Source: an uncultured Trueperaceae bacterium (GTDB taxonomy: Bacteria > Deinococcota > Deinococci > Deinococcales > Trueperaceae). From it: 64,000 nt of DNA. The DNA lies in the NCBI GenBank assembly GCA_963799485.1, contig CAWCXJ010000006.1, forward strand, positions 96,001 to 160,000. Reading direction: 5' to 3'. A program made the position numbers and the translations under genes. The notes beneath the pieces are model-generated. The model did not search any database. It was given only the letters and a program-made list of their open reading frames with translations, and had not been told where the DNA came from. Of this stretch, positions 9,887-18,981 are shown piece by piece (positions within the stretch are counted from its first letter, which is position 1; each line of letters begins with the position of its first letter).

Positions 9887-10387
9887 CTATTCCGGTGAAT
9901 CTAGTGTCTGCGCGTCCGGCAAGGGTGCAGGGCCCAGCGGCGTTAAAGAAACCGGCATTAGCGAAGCTATCGCGACCATCAGCTCGAGCCCCTCCAGCAG
10001 CCCCTGTACGCGGGTGCTCGAACCGCCACACTCAACCGAGAGAAGCGCGCCCTCGAGCAAGAAAAGCCTGTCCGTCAGACGCTCTCGCACAACGTCTACC
10101 GCGTCGGCCTCTGCCGTCCCGGTCTTGCTGGCAGCGATTTTGAGGTAGTTGCACGCCATCTGCAGATGCCAGGTAGTGCGCTCCAAGTTGCTGCCGACAC
10201 TCCCCGCCGCCGCTTCCGAAAGGGCGCACAACACGCCCGAAAGTGCTGCCTGCAGGTGTCGGGACACCACCTCGTGACCCTTTGCCGGGGCGTGACCCAC
10301 GACGCTTATGCCCACGCCCATACCCGCCGATATTTGAACGGAAGCCGATACAATCTGTACTGGGTTGAGCCTTCGAAGATAGAACAC
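9887..10387 (-). CDS. Hypothetical protein
   Basis: 166-aa ORF filling the gap, helical-looking; no motif recognised. Confidence 0.45.
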   Translation of the reverse strand: MFYLRRLNPVQIVSASVQISAGMGVGISVVGHAPAKGHEVVSRHLQAALSGVLCALSEAAAGSVGSNLERTTWHLQMACNYLKIAASKTGTAEADAVDVVRERLTDRLFLLEGALLSVECGGSSTRVQGLLEGLELMVAIASLMPVSLTPLGPAPLPDAQTLDSPE

Positions 10388-10552
10388 CTCACCGGGCGGG
10401 TACCTTACCCGAGCCTATGGTATTTTTCACACTATAGCACCGCTATAAAAAATAAAACACTGTACTGCTCGTTAAAAGAACTAGACCTACAAGAACTAAC
10501 ATAAGACCTACGCAGCGCCGACGACCCCAAACGCCCCAAGACGTCCGTACAG

Positions 10553-12106
10553 CTAGCAGATACGCAGTTCGTGCTCGCCTTCGACCGGGAGCGTCAGAAG
10601 TGCGTCCATCACAGCTTTTGTGCCAAATTTGAGAAAAAAACCAAAGGGGCTCAAGAGACGTTCTTGCGGGACGCCGGTGGGGAGCAGGTGCGCGCGCAGT
10701 CGCCCGAACTGCCGGGTATAGACATCATCGCGCTCAGCGAGGGCGGCGGCACTTTTGGTCTCGAGCCTGCTGAAAATCACCTTCAACTCGGCCTCGGCGC
10801 GGCCTACCGTCCGGGAAAGGGTCGGATCGATAGCGGACACGTCGGCGCGGAGTGAAGCTGAAAGATTTTCAAGGGCGCGCAGGCGGTTGTCGAACGCGAG
10901 TTTGTGACCGTGCAAGGCCAAAAGCGTTTGCGTTTTTACGCCCTCCCAGTCCGTTTGCAACGCTCCGGCACTGAGGCCGAACTTGTCCAGAATCCGGGCG
11001 ACGGGTGGTTCCAAAACCGTAACGGTTGTTCGCGGCCAGATTAGCGGCATCGCTACGCCGTGCTGTTCATAAACGCCCCGAAGCTGAGCGATATAGCGCA
11101 GTTCCCCCGGCCCGACGACGGTTGCAGCTGTTGGCAGAACCGCATCTTGCGTGACGGGCCGAAGACCGGCAGCCGGGGTCAGACAGGTCGGGTCGGCGTC
11201 CAAGCGGGCGAGCAGGTCGTCGCGGCTGTAGTGACCTGCGTCTGTATAAAACGTCTGACCGTCAAACCGCAAGAGTTGCCTTTGCCCGTTCGCCGTAAGA
11301 AACACATTCGTCGCGTCGGCGGCCCGTCCGAGTTGCGGCGTGTAGCCCAGCTCGCGGAGGGTGTTAGCAGCAGCGTTGACGGCTCGGCCTGAGCGCAGTG
11401 GGTCACTGAGTTCGGCGCGCAGAACAGGGGAGAAGAGTTCGGCGGCGGCGGGCTCGAGCGGGTTCAGTACAATCAATCCTTGCTCACCTAAAAGCTCGTA
11501 AAGAAGCGCCCCGAACCAGTCGGCGAAGCTTTCGGCGCGTGCGGCGGTGCGGTGCAAGAGGTCGGTTGCCCCAAACTTGTGCGCGTCCGGCCCACGAAAC
11601 GCGTTCAGGTCACGGATCACCTTCTCGGGCCACGCTTCATCAAGCTTAATACGCCCTGCCGGGACGCCTTCGGGGAGCGGCAGCGAAAGGCGGTGGAGCG
11701 TTTCGTCCAAGTCGAGCAAGTAGGTGTGGTCGATTTCGGCGCTGTCGGCGTCTTGACTTGCCAGCCAAAAGATCGGGACGACCGGGCGGGCGTCGGTACC
11801 GAGTTCGGCGGCGAGTTTAAGCGCGCTGACGGCTTTGCTAAGCGTATAGAGTGGCCCCAGCAAAAGCCCTGTTTGCTGCCCGGTAACGACCGCGCGGCTT
11901 TCAGGGTGCGCCAGCTTCGCCAAAGACTCGAAGACCGCTTCGGGCGCGCCGAGCCTTTCCGCCTGCCGCCGCAACACTTGGCTGAGCCTGATTCGGTCAA
12001 CTGGGCGGGGCTGCGCTAGTGCCGCCCCGGTGTTGCCGGGCTCGAGTGCAAATAGCGAGGTCAAGGCGCGGTTTTTGTAGGCGGTTGCAAAAGGGGTCGG
12101 CGGCAC
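10553..12106 (-). CDS. bshC: Bacillithiol biosynthesis protein BshC
   Basis: VVTGQQTGLLLGPLYTLSKA, PIFWLASQDAD, LRPVTQD, GPGELRY and PQER motifs. Confidence 0.93.
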   Translation of the reverse strand: MPPTPFATAYKNRALTSLFALEPGNTGAALAQPRPVDRIRLSQVLRRQAERLGAPEAVFESLAKLAHPESRAVVTGQQTGLLLGPLYTLSKAVSALKLAAELGTDARPVVPIFWLASQDADSAEIDHTYLLDLDETLHRLSLPLPEGVPAGRIKLDEAWPEKVIRDLNAFRGPDAHKFGATDLLHRTAARAESFADWFGALLYELLGEQGLIVLNPLEPAAAELFSPVLRAELSDPLRSGRAVNAAANTLRELGYTPQLGRAADATNVFLTANGQRQLLRFDGQTFYTDAGHYSRDDLLARLDADPTCLTPAAGLRPVTQDAVLPTAATVVGPGELRYIAQLRGVYEQHGVAMPLIWPRTTVTVLEPPVARILDKFGLSAGALQTDWEGVKTQTLLALHGHKLAFDNRLRALENLSASLRADVSAIDPTLSRTVGRAEAELKVIFSRLETKSAAALAERDDVYTRQFGRLRAHLLPTGVPQERLLSPFGFFLKFGTKAVMDALLTLPVEGEHELRIC

Positions 12107-12470
12107 ACGCCAGCGTACCGTGCGGCGTTTGCGGGCGGCGTAGGATACGCTGCCAACGCGTATCGTTTTGCCGAGCGCGGAGCCGGTCCAAACGGATGTG
12201 TAGCCCTGCGGTTCGTTTGGTGCGGTAGTGTTTTACGGCGGGGTGAGGGGTAGCGCCCAGCGGTTTTTATAGCAGACTGACCGGAGCCGGTCGCGGGAAA
12301 GCAAAAATACGCTGGAGCAAAGCTCACGGGGCGACGTTCTAAAAGCTTTACGGTACTCTCGCGCCCTTTGTCCTCAGTTTGGCGAAACGCAAGTGTTAGG
12401 ATAGCAACTGTGTGTAATACCGCGTGCTGCCCCGCTGAAATCCGCAAGCTGACTGCCCCGGAAAGCTTCT

Positions 12471-13214
12471 ATGCACCTGCGCGTTGACCTGCGGCCTAGT
12501 GGCGATTTTCCCGGAGATTACTCCAGAGACTACCCCGACGTCGTGATCGTAATCGACGTGCTCAGATCGTGCACGCTCGCACCGATTCTATTTAGCCGGG
12601 GACTCGAGACCCTTTATGTGGGTCCGAGCATTCGCGCCGCCCGCCACCTGGCCGAAGCACGGGGGCTATTACTCTTTGGTGAGCGAGGCGGCCTGCCCCC
12701 CGAAGGCTTCAACTACGGCATCTCTCCGACCGAGGTCGCCCACGCCGACGTAGCAGGACGCTCCGCTGTTCTCGTTTCGGACAACGGCGCGCGCGTTTTG
12801 GGGTGCACCAAGAACGCAAAACACGTGCTGCTCGGTTCGCTTTACAATGCGGGCGCGGCGGCGGCGTTGGCGGCGTCTCTGGCAGAACAGGAGATCGCCC
12901 TGCTCTGCGCGGGCTTTAACGGCGACGAAGACCTGGACGACACACTCTGCGCCGGATTTTTGGCGGCGCAGCTTAAAAGGCGGTTGCCGGCGGCGAGTCT
13001 GGGCGGTGCGGCGCTCTACGCGATGGGCTTTTTGGGCGCGTTTCCGGCACCTGTGGGCGCGCTCTGGGGCTCGCGGGCCGGTCACGCCCTGCGCCGCTTT
13101 AACCTGACCGGCGACATCGCCCTGAGCAGTCTCGTGTCGCAAACAGATAAAGTGCCGCGCCTGGTCGCGCCCGACGACGACGCGCACTACCGCTTTACGG
13201 CGGCGACGCCCTAA
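12471..13214 (+). CDS. comB: 2-phosphosulfolactate phosphatase family (ComB-like)
   Basis: VIDVLR, GERGGLPPEGFNYG.SP and DDTLCAG motifs. Confidence 0.85.
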   Translation: MHLRVDLRPSGDFPGDYSRDYPDVVIVIDVLRSCTLAPILFSRGLETLYVGPSIRAARHLAEARGLLLFGERGGLPPEGFNYGISPTEVAHADVAGRSAVLVSDNGARVLGCTKNAKHVLLGSLYNAGAAAALAASLAEQEIALLCAGFNGDEDLDDTLCAGFLAAQLKRRLPAASLGGAALYAMGFLGAFPAPVGALWGSRAGHALRRFNLTGDIALSSLVSQTDKVPRLVAPDDDAHYRFTAATP

Positions 13215-13218
13215 CGAA

Positions 13219-13959
13219 GTGGCAGTAGCGGGCCTTGAAACAGTTCAAACAACCGCTGTACTCGGATTTGAGGTGGTCGGGGTGACGCTCGAGGAGGCGG
13301 CGACTTGGGCGCTACACGCAGCTAAAGGCAGCACACCTCACCTCCTCGTCACGCTGAACCCTGAAATCATCGTCCGGGCCACGTCACAAGCTGCGCTTGA
13401 AGAAGCCTTGAAACATGCCGACCTGAGCGTCGCCGACGGCGTAGGTATCTTGTGGGCGGCGCGGCGGCGCGGCGTGCGGTTGCCGGAGCGGGTTCCCGGT
13501 GTCGAGCTGATGACCCGGCTTTTGGAACGCGGCGGCCCGGACCTTCGCGTCTACTTTTTAGGGGCCAAACCCGGCGTCGCCGCGCGCGCCGCCGAGGTTG
13601 CCGGGGCGCGTTTCGGGACGACGGTCGCAGGCGTGCAGCACGGCTATTTCAAGCGGCCCGGAGATGTTCCGGAGGTGGTTCGGAAGGTTTCCGAAAGCGG
13701 CGCACAGCTCCTTTTGTGCGGCCTCGGTGAAGGCCAAGAGCTTTTCTTGCACACACACCGCGCTGAGTTGGGCGTGCCGCTCCTCATCGGTGTGGGCGGC
13801 GCGCTCGATGTGCTGGCAGGTGAAGTGAAGAGGACGCCGGAGTGGACGCACCGGCTGGGGCTCGAGTGGGCCTACCGCGTCGGCAGCGACCCCAAACGCT
13901 GGCACCGTTTTCCCAGACTGCTGCAGTTTGTCAAGCTGGTTTTGGCTGACCGCACGTAA
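13219..13959 (+). CDS. WecB/TagA/CpsF family glycosyltransferase
   Basis: TLNPE, ADGVG, RVPGVEL, HGYF, GVGGALD and LEWAYR motifs. Confidence 0.92.
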   Translation: MAVAGLETVQTTAVLGFEVVGVTLEEAATWALHAAKGSTPHLLVTLNPEIIVRATSQAALEEALKHADLSVADGVGILWAARRRGVRLPERVPGVELMTRLLERGGPDLRVYFLGAKPGVAARAAEVAGARFGTTVAGVQHGYFKRPGDVPEVVRKVSESGAQLLLCGLGEGQELFLHTHRAELGVPLLIGVGGALDVLAGEVKRTPEWTHRLGLEWAYRVGSDPKRWHRFPRLLQFVKLVLADRT

Positions 13960-13971
13960 ACGCCCGAGGCC

Positions 13972-13991
13972 GTCAAGTCGGCTTGACTTTT
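13972..13991 (+). terminator. Short hairpin plus T-tract between convergent genes
   Basis: GTCAAG-TCGG-CTTGAC-TTTT. Confidence 0.4.
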
Positions 13992-14058
13992 AACCCTAGC
14001 TACGCCGTTTGCGGCGAGTTTTACGTGTAGGGCTGCTTCGTCCGCTTGAAAATCTCGG

Positions 14059-14820
14059 TCATTCTGCGACAATCACCGCCCAGTGCCGCCCCGTCCGGCC
14101 CCGGTCGCGCCGGTGCGAAAAAAAGCGCTCCGGGTCGGCGTAGGTGCACACCCCGCTCTCCCACAGGTTTACCGGGTCGATACCGAGCTTTAGCAGTGCC
14201 CAGCGGTTTGCGGCGGCGACATCGAGCAGAAAACGTCCGTTGCCGTCGGGTTCATAGACAACTTCCGGAAACCCGGCCTCCTGAAACGTGCCGATAACCT
14301 CCGTGCCGACCTGATAGTTCGGCCGCGAGATACCCGGCCCAAATGCCACCCGTAAATCGGCAGGGTCGCTGCCGTAAAGTTCAGTGAGTTTCTGTACCGT
14401 CGCCGCAGCGATACCCTGCACGGTGCCGCGCCAGCCGCAGTGTGCCGCCCCGACCGCGCCCGTTGCGGGGTCGTAAAAAAGTACGGGCAAACAGTCGGCG
14501 GTACTGATGATGAGCGCCAAACCGGGCGTATTCGAGACTACCGCGTCGGCTTCTTCTGCAAACCAGCTCGGTCTGCCCCTGAGCACCCGCACCCCGTGAA
14601 CCTGACTAAACGCGCACGCGTGGTGTTCGTTTACGCCGAACAGCGCTAAAACGCGGCGGCGGTTTTCAGCGACGGACGCTTCGGCGTCCCCGCTCGAGAG
14701 CCCCAGGTTGAGGCACGAGTACCACCCTTCGCTGACGCCGCCCGCACGGGTCGTAAAACCGTGCGAGACCGGGATATTGGGGGATTGGAGGAGCTCGAGC
14801 GCTCCAACTGCTGCTATCAC
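14059..14820 (-). CDS. pgeF: Peptidoglycan editing factor PgeF/YfiH (laccase-domain purine nucleoside phosphorylase)
   Basis: HGFTTRAGGVS, QVHG, ADCLPV, HCGWRG and FFSHRRD motifs. True start is GTG 14820 (GTGA overlap with the upstream stop; GGAGG nearby). Confidence 0.92.
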   Translation of the reverse strand: MIAAVGALELLQSPNIPVSHGFTTRAGGVSEGWYSCLNLGLSSGDAEASVAENRRRVLALFGVNEHHACAFSQVHGVRVLRGRPSWFAEEADAVVSNTPGLALIISTADCLPVLFYDPATGAVGAAHCGWRGTVQGIAAATVQKLTELYGSDPADLRVAFGPGISRPNYQVGTEVIGTFQEAGFPEVVYEPDGNGRFLLDVAAANRWALLKLGIDPVNLWESGVCTYADPERFFSHRRDRGRTGRHWAVIVAE

Positions 14821-15182
14821 GCCTCCGCCAGCCAGACAAACAGCGCAATCAGTACAAACTGCAGCGCCAGCCGCCAGAAGAGCAGGTACGCCGAAAGCCC
14901 CTGCACGCCGACGCTCGCCGGGTCGAAGAGCATATTCAAGTGAACGGGAAAGAAGGCGATCATCAGGAGCGCCAGCCCGTAGGCCGCCCACCGGCGAAAG
15001 CGCCGGAGAAAGAGCCCGACGCCGCCTAAAATCTCTAAAAGACCGCTCAGCAAAACCCAAAAGAGCGGCGCGGCAAACCCCGGCGGCATAATCTGCACGT
15101 ACATACCCGGACGGACGAAGTGCAGCGCACCCGCCACGATAAAGACAACGCCTAGAAAAATACGCAAAACGGGTTTAAGCAT
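14817..15182 (-). CDS. DoxX family membrane protein
   Basis: FIVAGALHF, SGLLEILGG and FFPVHL motifs; four TM segments. Confidence 0.85.
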   Translation of the reverse strand: MLKPVLRIFLGVVFIVAGALHFVRPGMYVQIMPPGFAAPLFWVLLSGLLEILGGVGLFLRRFRRWAAYGLALLMIAFFPVHLNMLFDPASVGVQGLSAYLLFWRLALQFVLIALFVWLAEA

Positions 15183-15190
15183 CCCTGACC

Positions 15191-15472
15191 TTAGCAAGTT
15201 TGCCTCGGCAGGACGTTGCTTTCGGCCCCCAACAAGCTCAGTTTGCGCGCCCGTGAAAACTTTTTAATCGCCGCTTCACGCCGGAGGGCGTCGCCGTGCG
15301 TTGCAGCAGGCTCAAGATAGACGAGCTCACCGGGGCCGTTTCGCCGCATATACGCCGCGCCGCGTCCGCTGTTGTGCGCTTTGAGGCGGCGCGTCACGTC
15401 GGTCGTAATCCCCGTATAGAGCGTGCCCCTCTTGCAGCGCACGATATAAACCTGCCAGCTAGAGCTTTTCAC
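15191..15472 (-). CDS. GIY-YIG nuclease family protein (UPF0213)
   Basis: VYIVRC..GTLYTGIT.D..RRL..HN.G.GA and ALRREAAIKK; start placed at GTG 15472. Confidence 0.88.
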   Translation of the reverse strand: MKSSSWQVYIVRCKRGTLYTGITTDVTRRLKAHNSGRGAAYMRRNGPGELVYLEPAATHGDALRREAAIKKFSRARKLSLLGAESNVLPRQTC

Positions 15473-15962
15473 CGGCGTAGACGGGAACAAGCAAGGTATT
15501 TTCAGCGGGCGGCAAGGGGCAGCGGTAGCGTTCCGAGTAGGCGCAAAAAGGGTGATAGGCATAGTTAAAATCGAGCAGGATTTGCCCGTTTGAAAGAAGC
15601 GCCGCTTCCAGGTAACGCCCTGCGCCGTAGGTCTCCGAACCACTCGTCGCGTCTTTGAAAGGGACGAAAAAGCGGGCGCTGTCGGTTTCAAACGTCGGTT
15701 GGTAGAGCGTTAAGGTGCACGCCCGGCCCTCTAGTTCAAAGGTTGCACGGCCCATACGAAAATAAGGTTGTTCGTCGCCGCTGCTGGTGCCGAGCAGCAC
15801 GACTTCACGCCCTTCGGCACGCCTAAACTCCGCTGTTACGGTGTAGAGTTCCGCTTCGGCGTAGTAGGCGAGCCCGGAAAAGGGGGCACCGTAAAGGGGC
15901 GAGTCCGGGTCGGTCTCGAGGTAACGGTCTTTGTCGCGGCGGGTGCGCTCGAGTGGCGTCAT
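15459..15962 (-). CDS. DUF1684 family protein
   Basis: FKDATSGSETYGAGRYL, LDFNYAYHPFCAY and CPLPP.EN motifs. Confidence 0.9.
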   Translation of the reverse strand: MTPLERTRRDKDRYLETDPDSPLYGAPFSGLAYYAEAELYTVTAEFRRAEGREVVLLGTSSGDEQPYFRMGRATFELEGRACTLTLYQPTFETDSARFFVPFKDATSGSETYGAGRYLEAALLSNGQILLDFNYAYHPFCAYSERYRCPLPPAENTLLVPVYAGEKL

Positions 15963-15986
15963 GCCCCTTTACTATACCCGCGCCGT

Positions 15987-16020
15987 AAAACCAGCACCGC
16001 AAAACCAGCACCGCAAAACC
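15987..16020. repeat. 14-bp tandem repeat (AAAACCAGCACCGC x2 plus partial)
   Basis: Read directly in a divergent promoter region. Confidence 0.85.
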
Positions 16021-16093
16021 CGCTGCGCGAGTTCAAACTTGGTGGCTAAAACTCACCTGAACGTGCCTCTCGCCGTGCAAAACTAGGGAGAGT

Positions 16094-17566
16094 ATGCCAG
16101 TCTGTTTCCACATTCGCCCCGGTATTTACCTTGGTATTTACCTTGGTATTTACCTTGGTATTTGCCTTGGTACCGTTCTCGTCGGTGTCTTTTTTCCGGC
16201 CTCTGCAGTCCAAGCCTCCGCTGTTCAGGGGTTTACTGTTCAAGGTTCGGCGCCCGGAGTCGCCGTAACACCGCAGGGCGTCCAAACGCATATGGCGGCG
16301 CTGCAAAGGCTTGCCGAGGCGAACGGCGGCAACCGCGCTGCCGGGACACCCGGTTACGCCGCGTCGGTGCGGTACGTTGAAAAGACGTTGCGGGCCGCGG
16401 GTTATAAGGTGACGCGCCAGCCTTTTACTGTAACTACCGACACGCTCGCCGAAACCGGACGCGTACTCGGCGTGGGAGATGCGCTCGAGCCCAAGGTGAT
16501 GAGCGGCTCACCCAACACGCCGGCAGGTGGCCTCACGGCACCCCTGGTACGTCCCGCAGACCCGCTCGGCTGCGCGGCTGAAACTTCGGGTAAGCTGCGC
16601 GGCGCGGTCGTTTTGCTCGAACGCGGCGGCTGCACCTTTGCGGAAAAGTCACGTAACGCCGCCGCTGCGGGCGCGGTTGCCGCACTTGTTTATAACAACG
16701 AAGACAACAGTGACGAAAACAGCGACGAACCCGGCGGTTTTCCCCTGCTGGGCTCACTCGGTGACGCGCCCGCCGTAAACACCGCCGTAAACACCGTGCC
16801 TACTGCGGGTTTGACGCGCGCTGCGGGCGAACGGCTGCTTGAAAAACTGGCACGCGGCGGGGTGAAGGTAGAACTCGAGCTGCGCGTCTCGCGTACTACT
16901 CGCAAAACCGCCAATGTCATCGCCGAACTCGGTGCTGAACTAGGTGCCGCCGAAAACATCGTGATGCTCGGCGCACACCTCGACTCGGTATCCGCAGGCC
17001 CCGGCATCAACGACAACGGCAGCGGCGTGGCGCTGGTTCTAGAACTCGCCCGTCAGCTCGCCCGAACGGGTGACGCCCGGGGTGTCCGTTTCGCCTTCTG
17101 GGGTGCTGAAGAACTCGGTCTGCTGGGCTCGGAGTATTACGTCGCCAACCTTTCTCCGGCTGAACGCGCTGGTATTCGCGCGTACCTGAACTTCGATATG
17201 CTCAGCTCCCCCAACGCCGCCCCCTTCGCCTACGGCGACCCGGAACTGACGGAGCTTTTTGCCGGGGCTTTTACGGCGCAAGGGCTTGCGCTCCTTCCCG
17301 ACGCGGTGGGGGGCTGGAGCGACCACACCCCGTTCGCGGCGGCGGGTATCCCGGTGGCAGGGCTTTTTAGCGGCGCTGAGGGGGTCAAGCCGAGCGGCGA
17401 GGTCGAGACTTACGGCGGTGACGCGGCACCTTACGACGCGTGCTATCACCGGGCGTGCGACACCTTTGCCCACTCGAGTACGCCCGTCTCGGCGCGCTAC
17501 CTGGATATCCTGGCGGACGCGGCGGCGAACGCGTTGCAACGTCTGCTCAGCGAGCCGACCAGATAG
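16094..17566 (+). CDS. Secreted M28 aminopeptidase with PA domain
   Basis: GAHLDSV, GINDNGSG, AEELGL, NFDM, SDH and CYH motifs; PA-domain RGGCTF.EK. Confidence 0.92.
   Translation: MPVCFHIRPGIYLGIYLGIYLGICLGTVLVGVFFPASAVQASAVQGFTVQGSAPGVAVTPQGVQTHMAALQRLAEANGGNRAAGTPGYAASVRYVEKTLRAAGYKVTRQPFTVTTDTLAETGRVLGVGDALEPKVMSGSPNTPAGGLTAPLVRPADPLGCAAETSGKLRGAVVLLERGGCTFAEKSRNAAAAGAVAALVYNNEDNSDENSDEPGGFPLLGSLGDAPAVNTAVNTVPTAGLTRAAGERLLEKLARGGVKVELELRVSRTTRKTANVIAELGAELGAAENIVMLGAHLDSVSAGPGINDNGSGVALVLELARQLARTGDARGVRFAFWGAEELGLLGSEYYVANLSPAERAGIRAYLNFDMLSSPNAAPFAYGDPELTELFAGAFTAQGLALLPDAVGGWSDHTPFAAAGIPVAGLFSGAEGVKPSGEVETYGGDAAPYDACYHRACDTFAHSSTPVSARYLDILADAAANALQRLLSEPTR
16121..16168 (+). repeat. 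12-bp tandem repeat x4 (GGTATTTACCTT) encoding GIYL-GIYL-GIYL-GICL
   Basis: Read directly within the N-terminal signal region. Confidence 0.9.
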
Positions 17567-17690
17567 TGTGTGAGGTAGTATATGGCCCTGGCTTCGGGGG
17601 CAATTCAAAAAACTTACGCTAATAGCGTGCGCCGGGCGCACCGGTGACCGCGATGCCGACGACTGTGGTTCTGATGTAAGGAGCTTGTCG

Positions 17691-17790
17691 GTGCTGACTA
17701 TCGTTATTCTGGTCGTCTCCGGGGCTTTGCTGCTGGGCGCGGCCTGGAGTAACTAGAAACTTCCCCAAGGGCTCGAGGGCTTTCTCGAGC
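17691..17790 (+). pseudogene. N-terminal remnant of a membrane protein (ZIP transporter-like)
   Basis: AAGGAG RBS then MLTIVILVVSGALLLGAAWSN*KLPQGLEGFL. Confidence 0.3.
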
Positions 17791-17854
17791 TTACTCCTGG
17801 CGCTCTACCTAAACGGCTTGAAGTAACGCTTAGCAGGGCAACACCCCGGTTTGA

Positions 17855-18019
17855 ATTGCCTTTGGGACGCGGAGCCCGCACCGGCACGTATATCTTGAGA
17901 TGAAATTCGCCCACGCCCTGGGCAAGCCGATCGTCTACACCCGTATGGGCACGAGTGTGAACACGCCGCTTGGTTTTACGGCGCGGTGCAGGCCGCTATT
18001 CGGGTTCGTTACGCCCTGA
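17855..18019 (+). pseudogene. Remnant of a nucleoside 2-deoxyribosyltransferase-like protein
   Basis: HVYLEMKFAHALGKPIVY resembles the NVxxExGxAxAxGKP motif; no 5' part. Confidence 0.4.
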
Positions 18020-18079
18020 ATCGCCGACTAGCAGGAGATCGAAGTCGGAACGCGTATACGTATAGTCTATGCTGAAGTA

Positions 18080-18520
18080 CTAGGGCGTAAAACGGGTTTG
18101 TAGCGCCTGCTCGAGCCGTTCTAGAAACGCTCTGGTAAAGGGCGTCCCCCGCGCGGTGACGCGGGTACGCGGGGGCCTGCTGCTCTCAGGCGTAAGCTGC
18201 ACATTGACCCGGTGAACGTCCGGCGGCGCGCCTGAACCCACAAAGCCTGCCGCCCGTGACTTTGCCTCGGCCACGATGAGACCCGCCTCGCGGTCGCTTA
18301 CGGTGACGAGCCAGGGTGTCGACGCGCCCCGGCGGTAGCCGTTGACCCCGCCCGGACTGTAGGGGCCGACGCCGGGGTCGGCGGCGATGGTTTGCAAAAC
18401 AGCGGTAAACACCGTGTCATACGGTGCGGCGTAGGTCGCCGGCGTAATTTGGGCGTTTTTGAGGGTGGGCGCACACGACCCCAAAAAGAGCACAAGTAGC
18501 CCCGCGTAAAGGTAGTTCAT
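18080..18520 (-). CDS. Hypothetical lipoprotein
   Basis: Lipobox LGSC after a hydrophobic stretch. Confidence 0.75.
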   Translation of the reverse strand: MNYLYAGLLVLFLGSCAPTLKNAQITPATYAAPYDTVFTAVLQTIAADPGVGPYSPGGVNGYRRGASTPWLVTVSDREAGLIVAEAKSRAAGFVGSGAPPDVHRVNVQLTPESSRPPRTRVTARGTPFTRAFLERLEQALQTRFTP

Positions 18521-18533
18521 CGGTGCGGCGCGC

Positions 18534-18707
18534 TCAACGCAAAATTCCTATAACGAGTACCAGCACGAAGCTCCCCACGGAGACCAAAAACCCGTGTAGC
18601 ATCACCTGCGGGTAGCGCGCGCGTACTCCCGCAAACGCCGAAGCCGTTATCATCAGGACGCCGAGCAAAAAGACGAGCGAGCAGGCGAACAGCAGCGGAT
18701 CGTCCAC
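18534..18707 (-). CDS. Small two-TM membrane protein (57 aa, not in the ORF track)
   Basis: Manual translation MDDPLLFACSLVFLLGVLMITASAFAGVRARYPQVMLHGFLVSVGSFVLVLVIGILR; GGAG upstream; fits between its neighbours. Confidence 0.65.
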   Translation of the reverse strand: MDDPLLFACSLVFLLGVLMITASAFAGVRARYPQVMLHGFLVSVGSFVLVLVIGILR

Positions 18708-18712
18708 AAGGA

Positions 18713-18964
18713 TTATTCTCCGCTATCCTCAACGGCGTTGTCGACCGGGTTCTGATTGGCTCCGGGGACGGGGGTTGCCTGTCTTGCCGGGAGCAGCAGC
18801 GCCGCTCCTAAAAAAGCGATGACGAGCCCGACCATCAGCGTACCGAAACGCCCGATAAAGCCCTTTTCCTTGCGCCCGTCGTCGCGCCGACCCTGGATCA
18901 GCTTTTGCGCGATGAGGCTAACGCCTACAACTAAAATGATGATGCCTGAGACCGTCTGTACCAT
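18713..18964 (-). CDS. Small two-TM membrane protein (83 aa)
   Basis: MVQTVSGIIILVVGVSLIA...LMVGLVIAFLGAALLL; ATG 18964. Confidence 0.7.
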   Translation of the reverse strand: MVQTVSGIIILVVGVSLIAQKLIQGRRDDGRKEKGFIGRFGTLMVGLVIAFLGAALLLPARQATPVPGANQNPVDNAVEDSGE

Positions 18965-18981
18965 TCCTTTATTATGAAGGC

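Noticed and set aside
10430..10512. AAGAACTA...AGACCTAC repeats and TATAGC/GCTATA as a regulator site
   Set aside because: Could be another local duplication; no cognate regulator evidence.
12061..12447. 128-aa ORF upstream of bshC
   Set aside because: Pro/Arg-rich with no motif; probably divergent promoter spacer.
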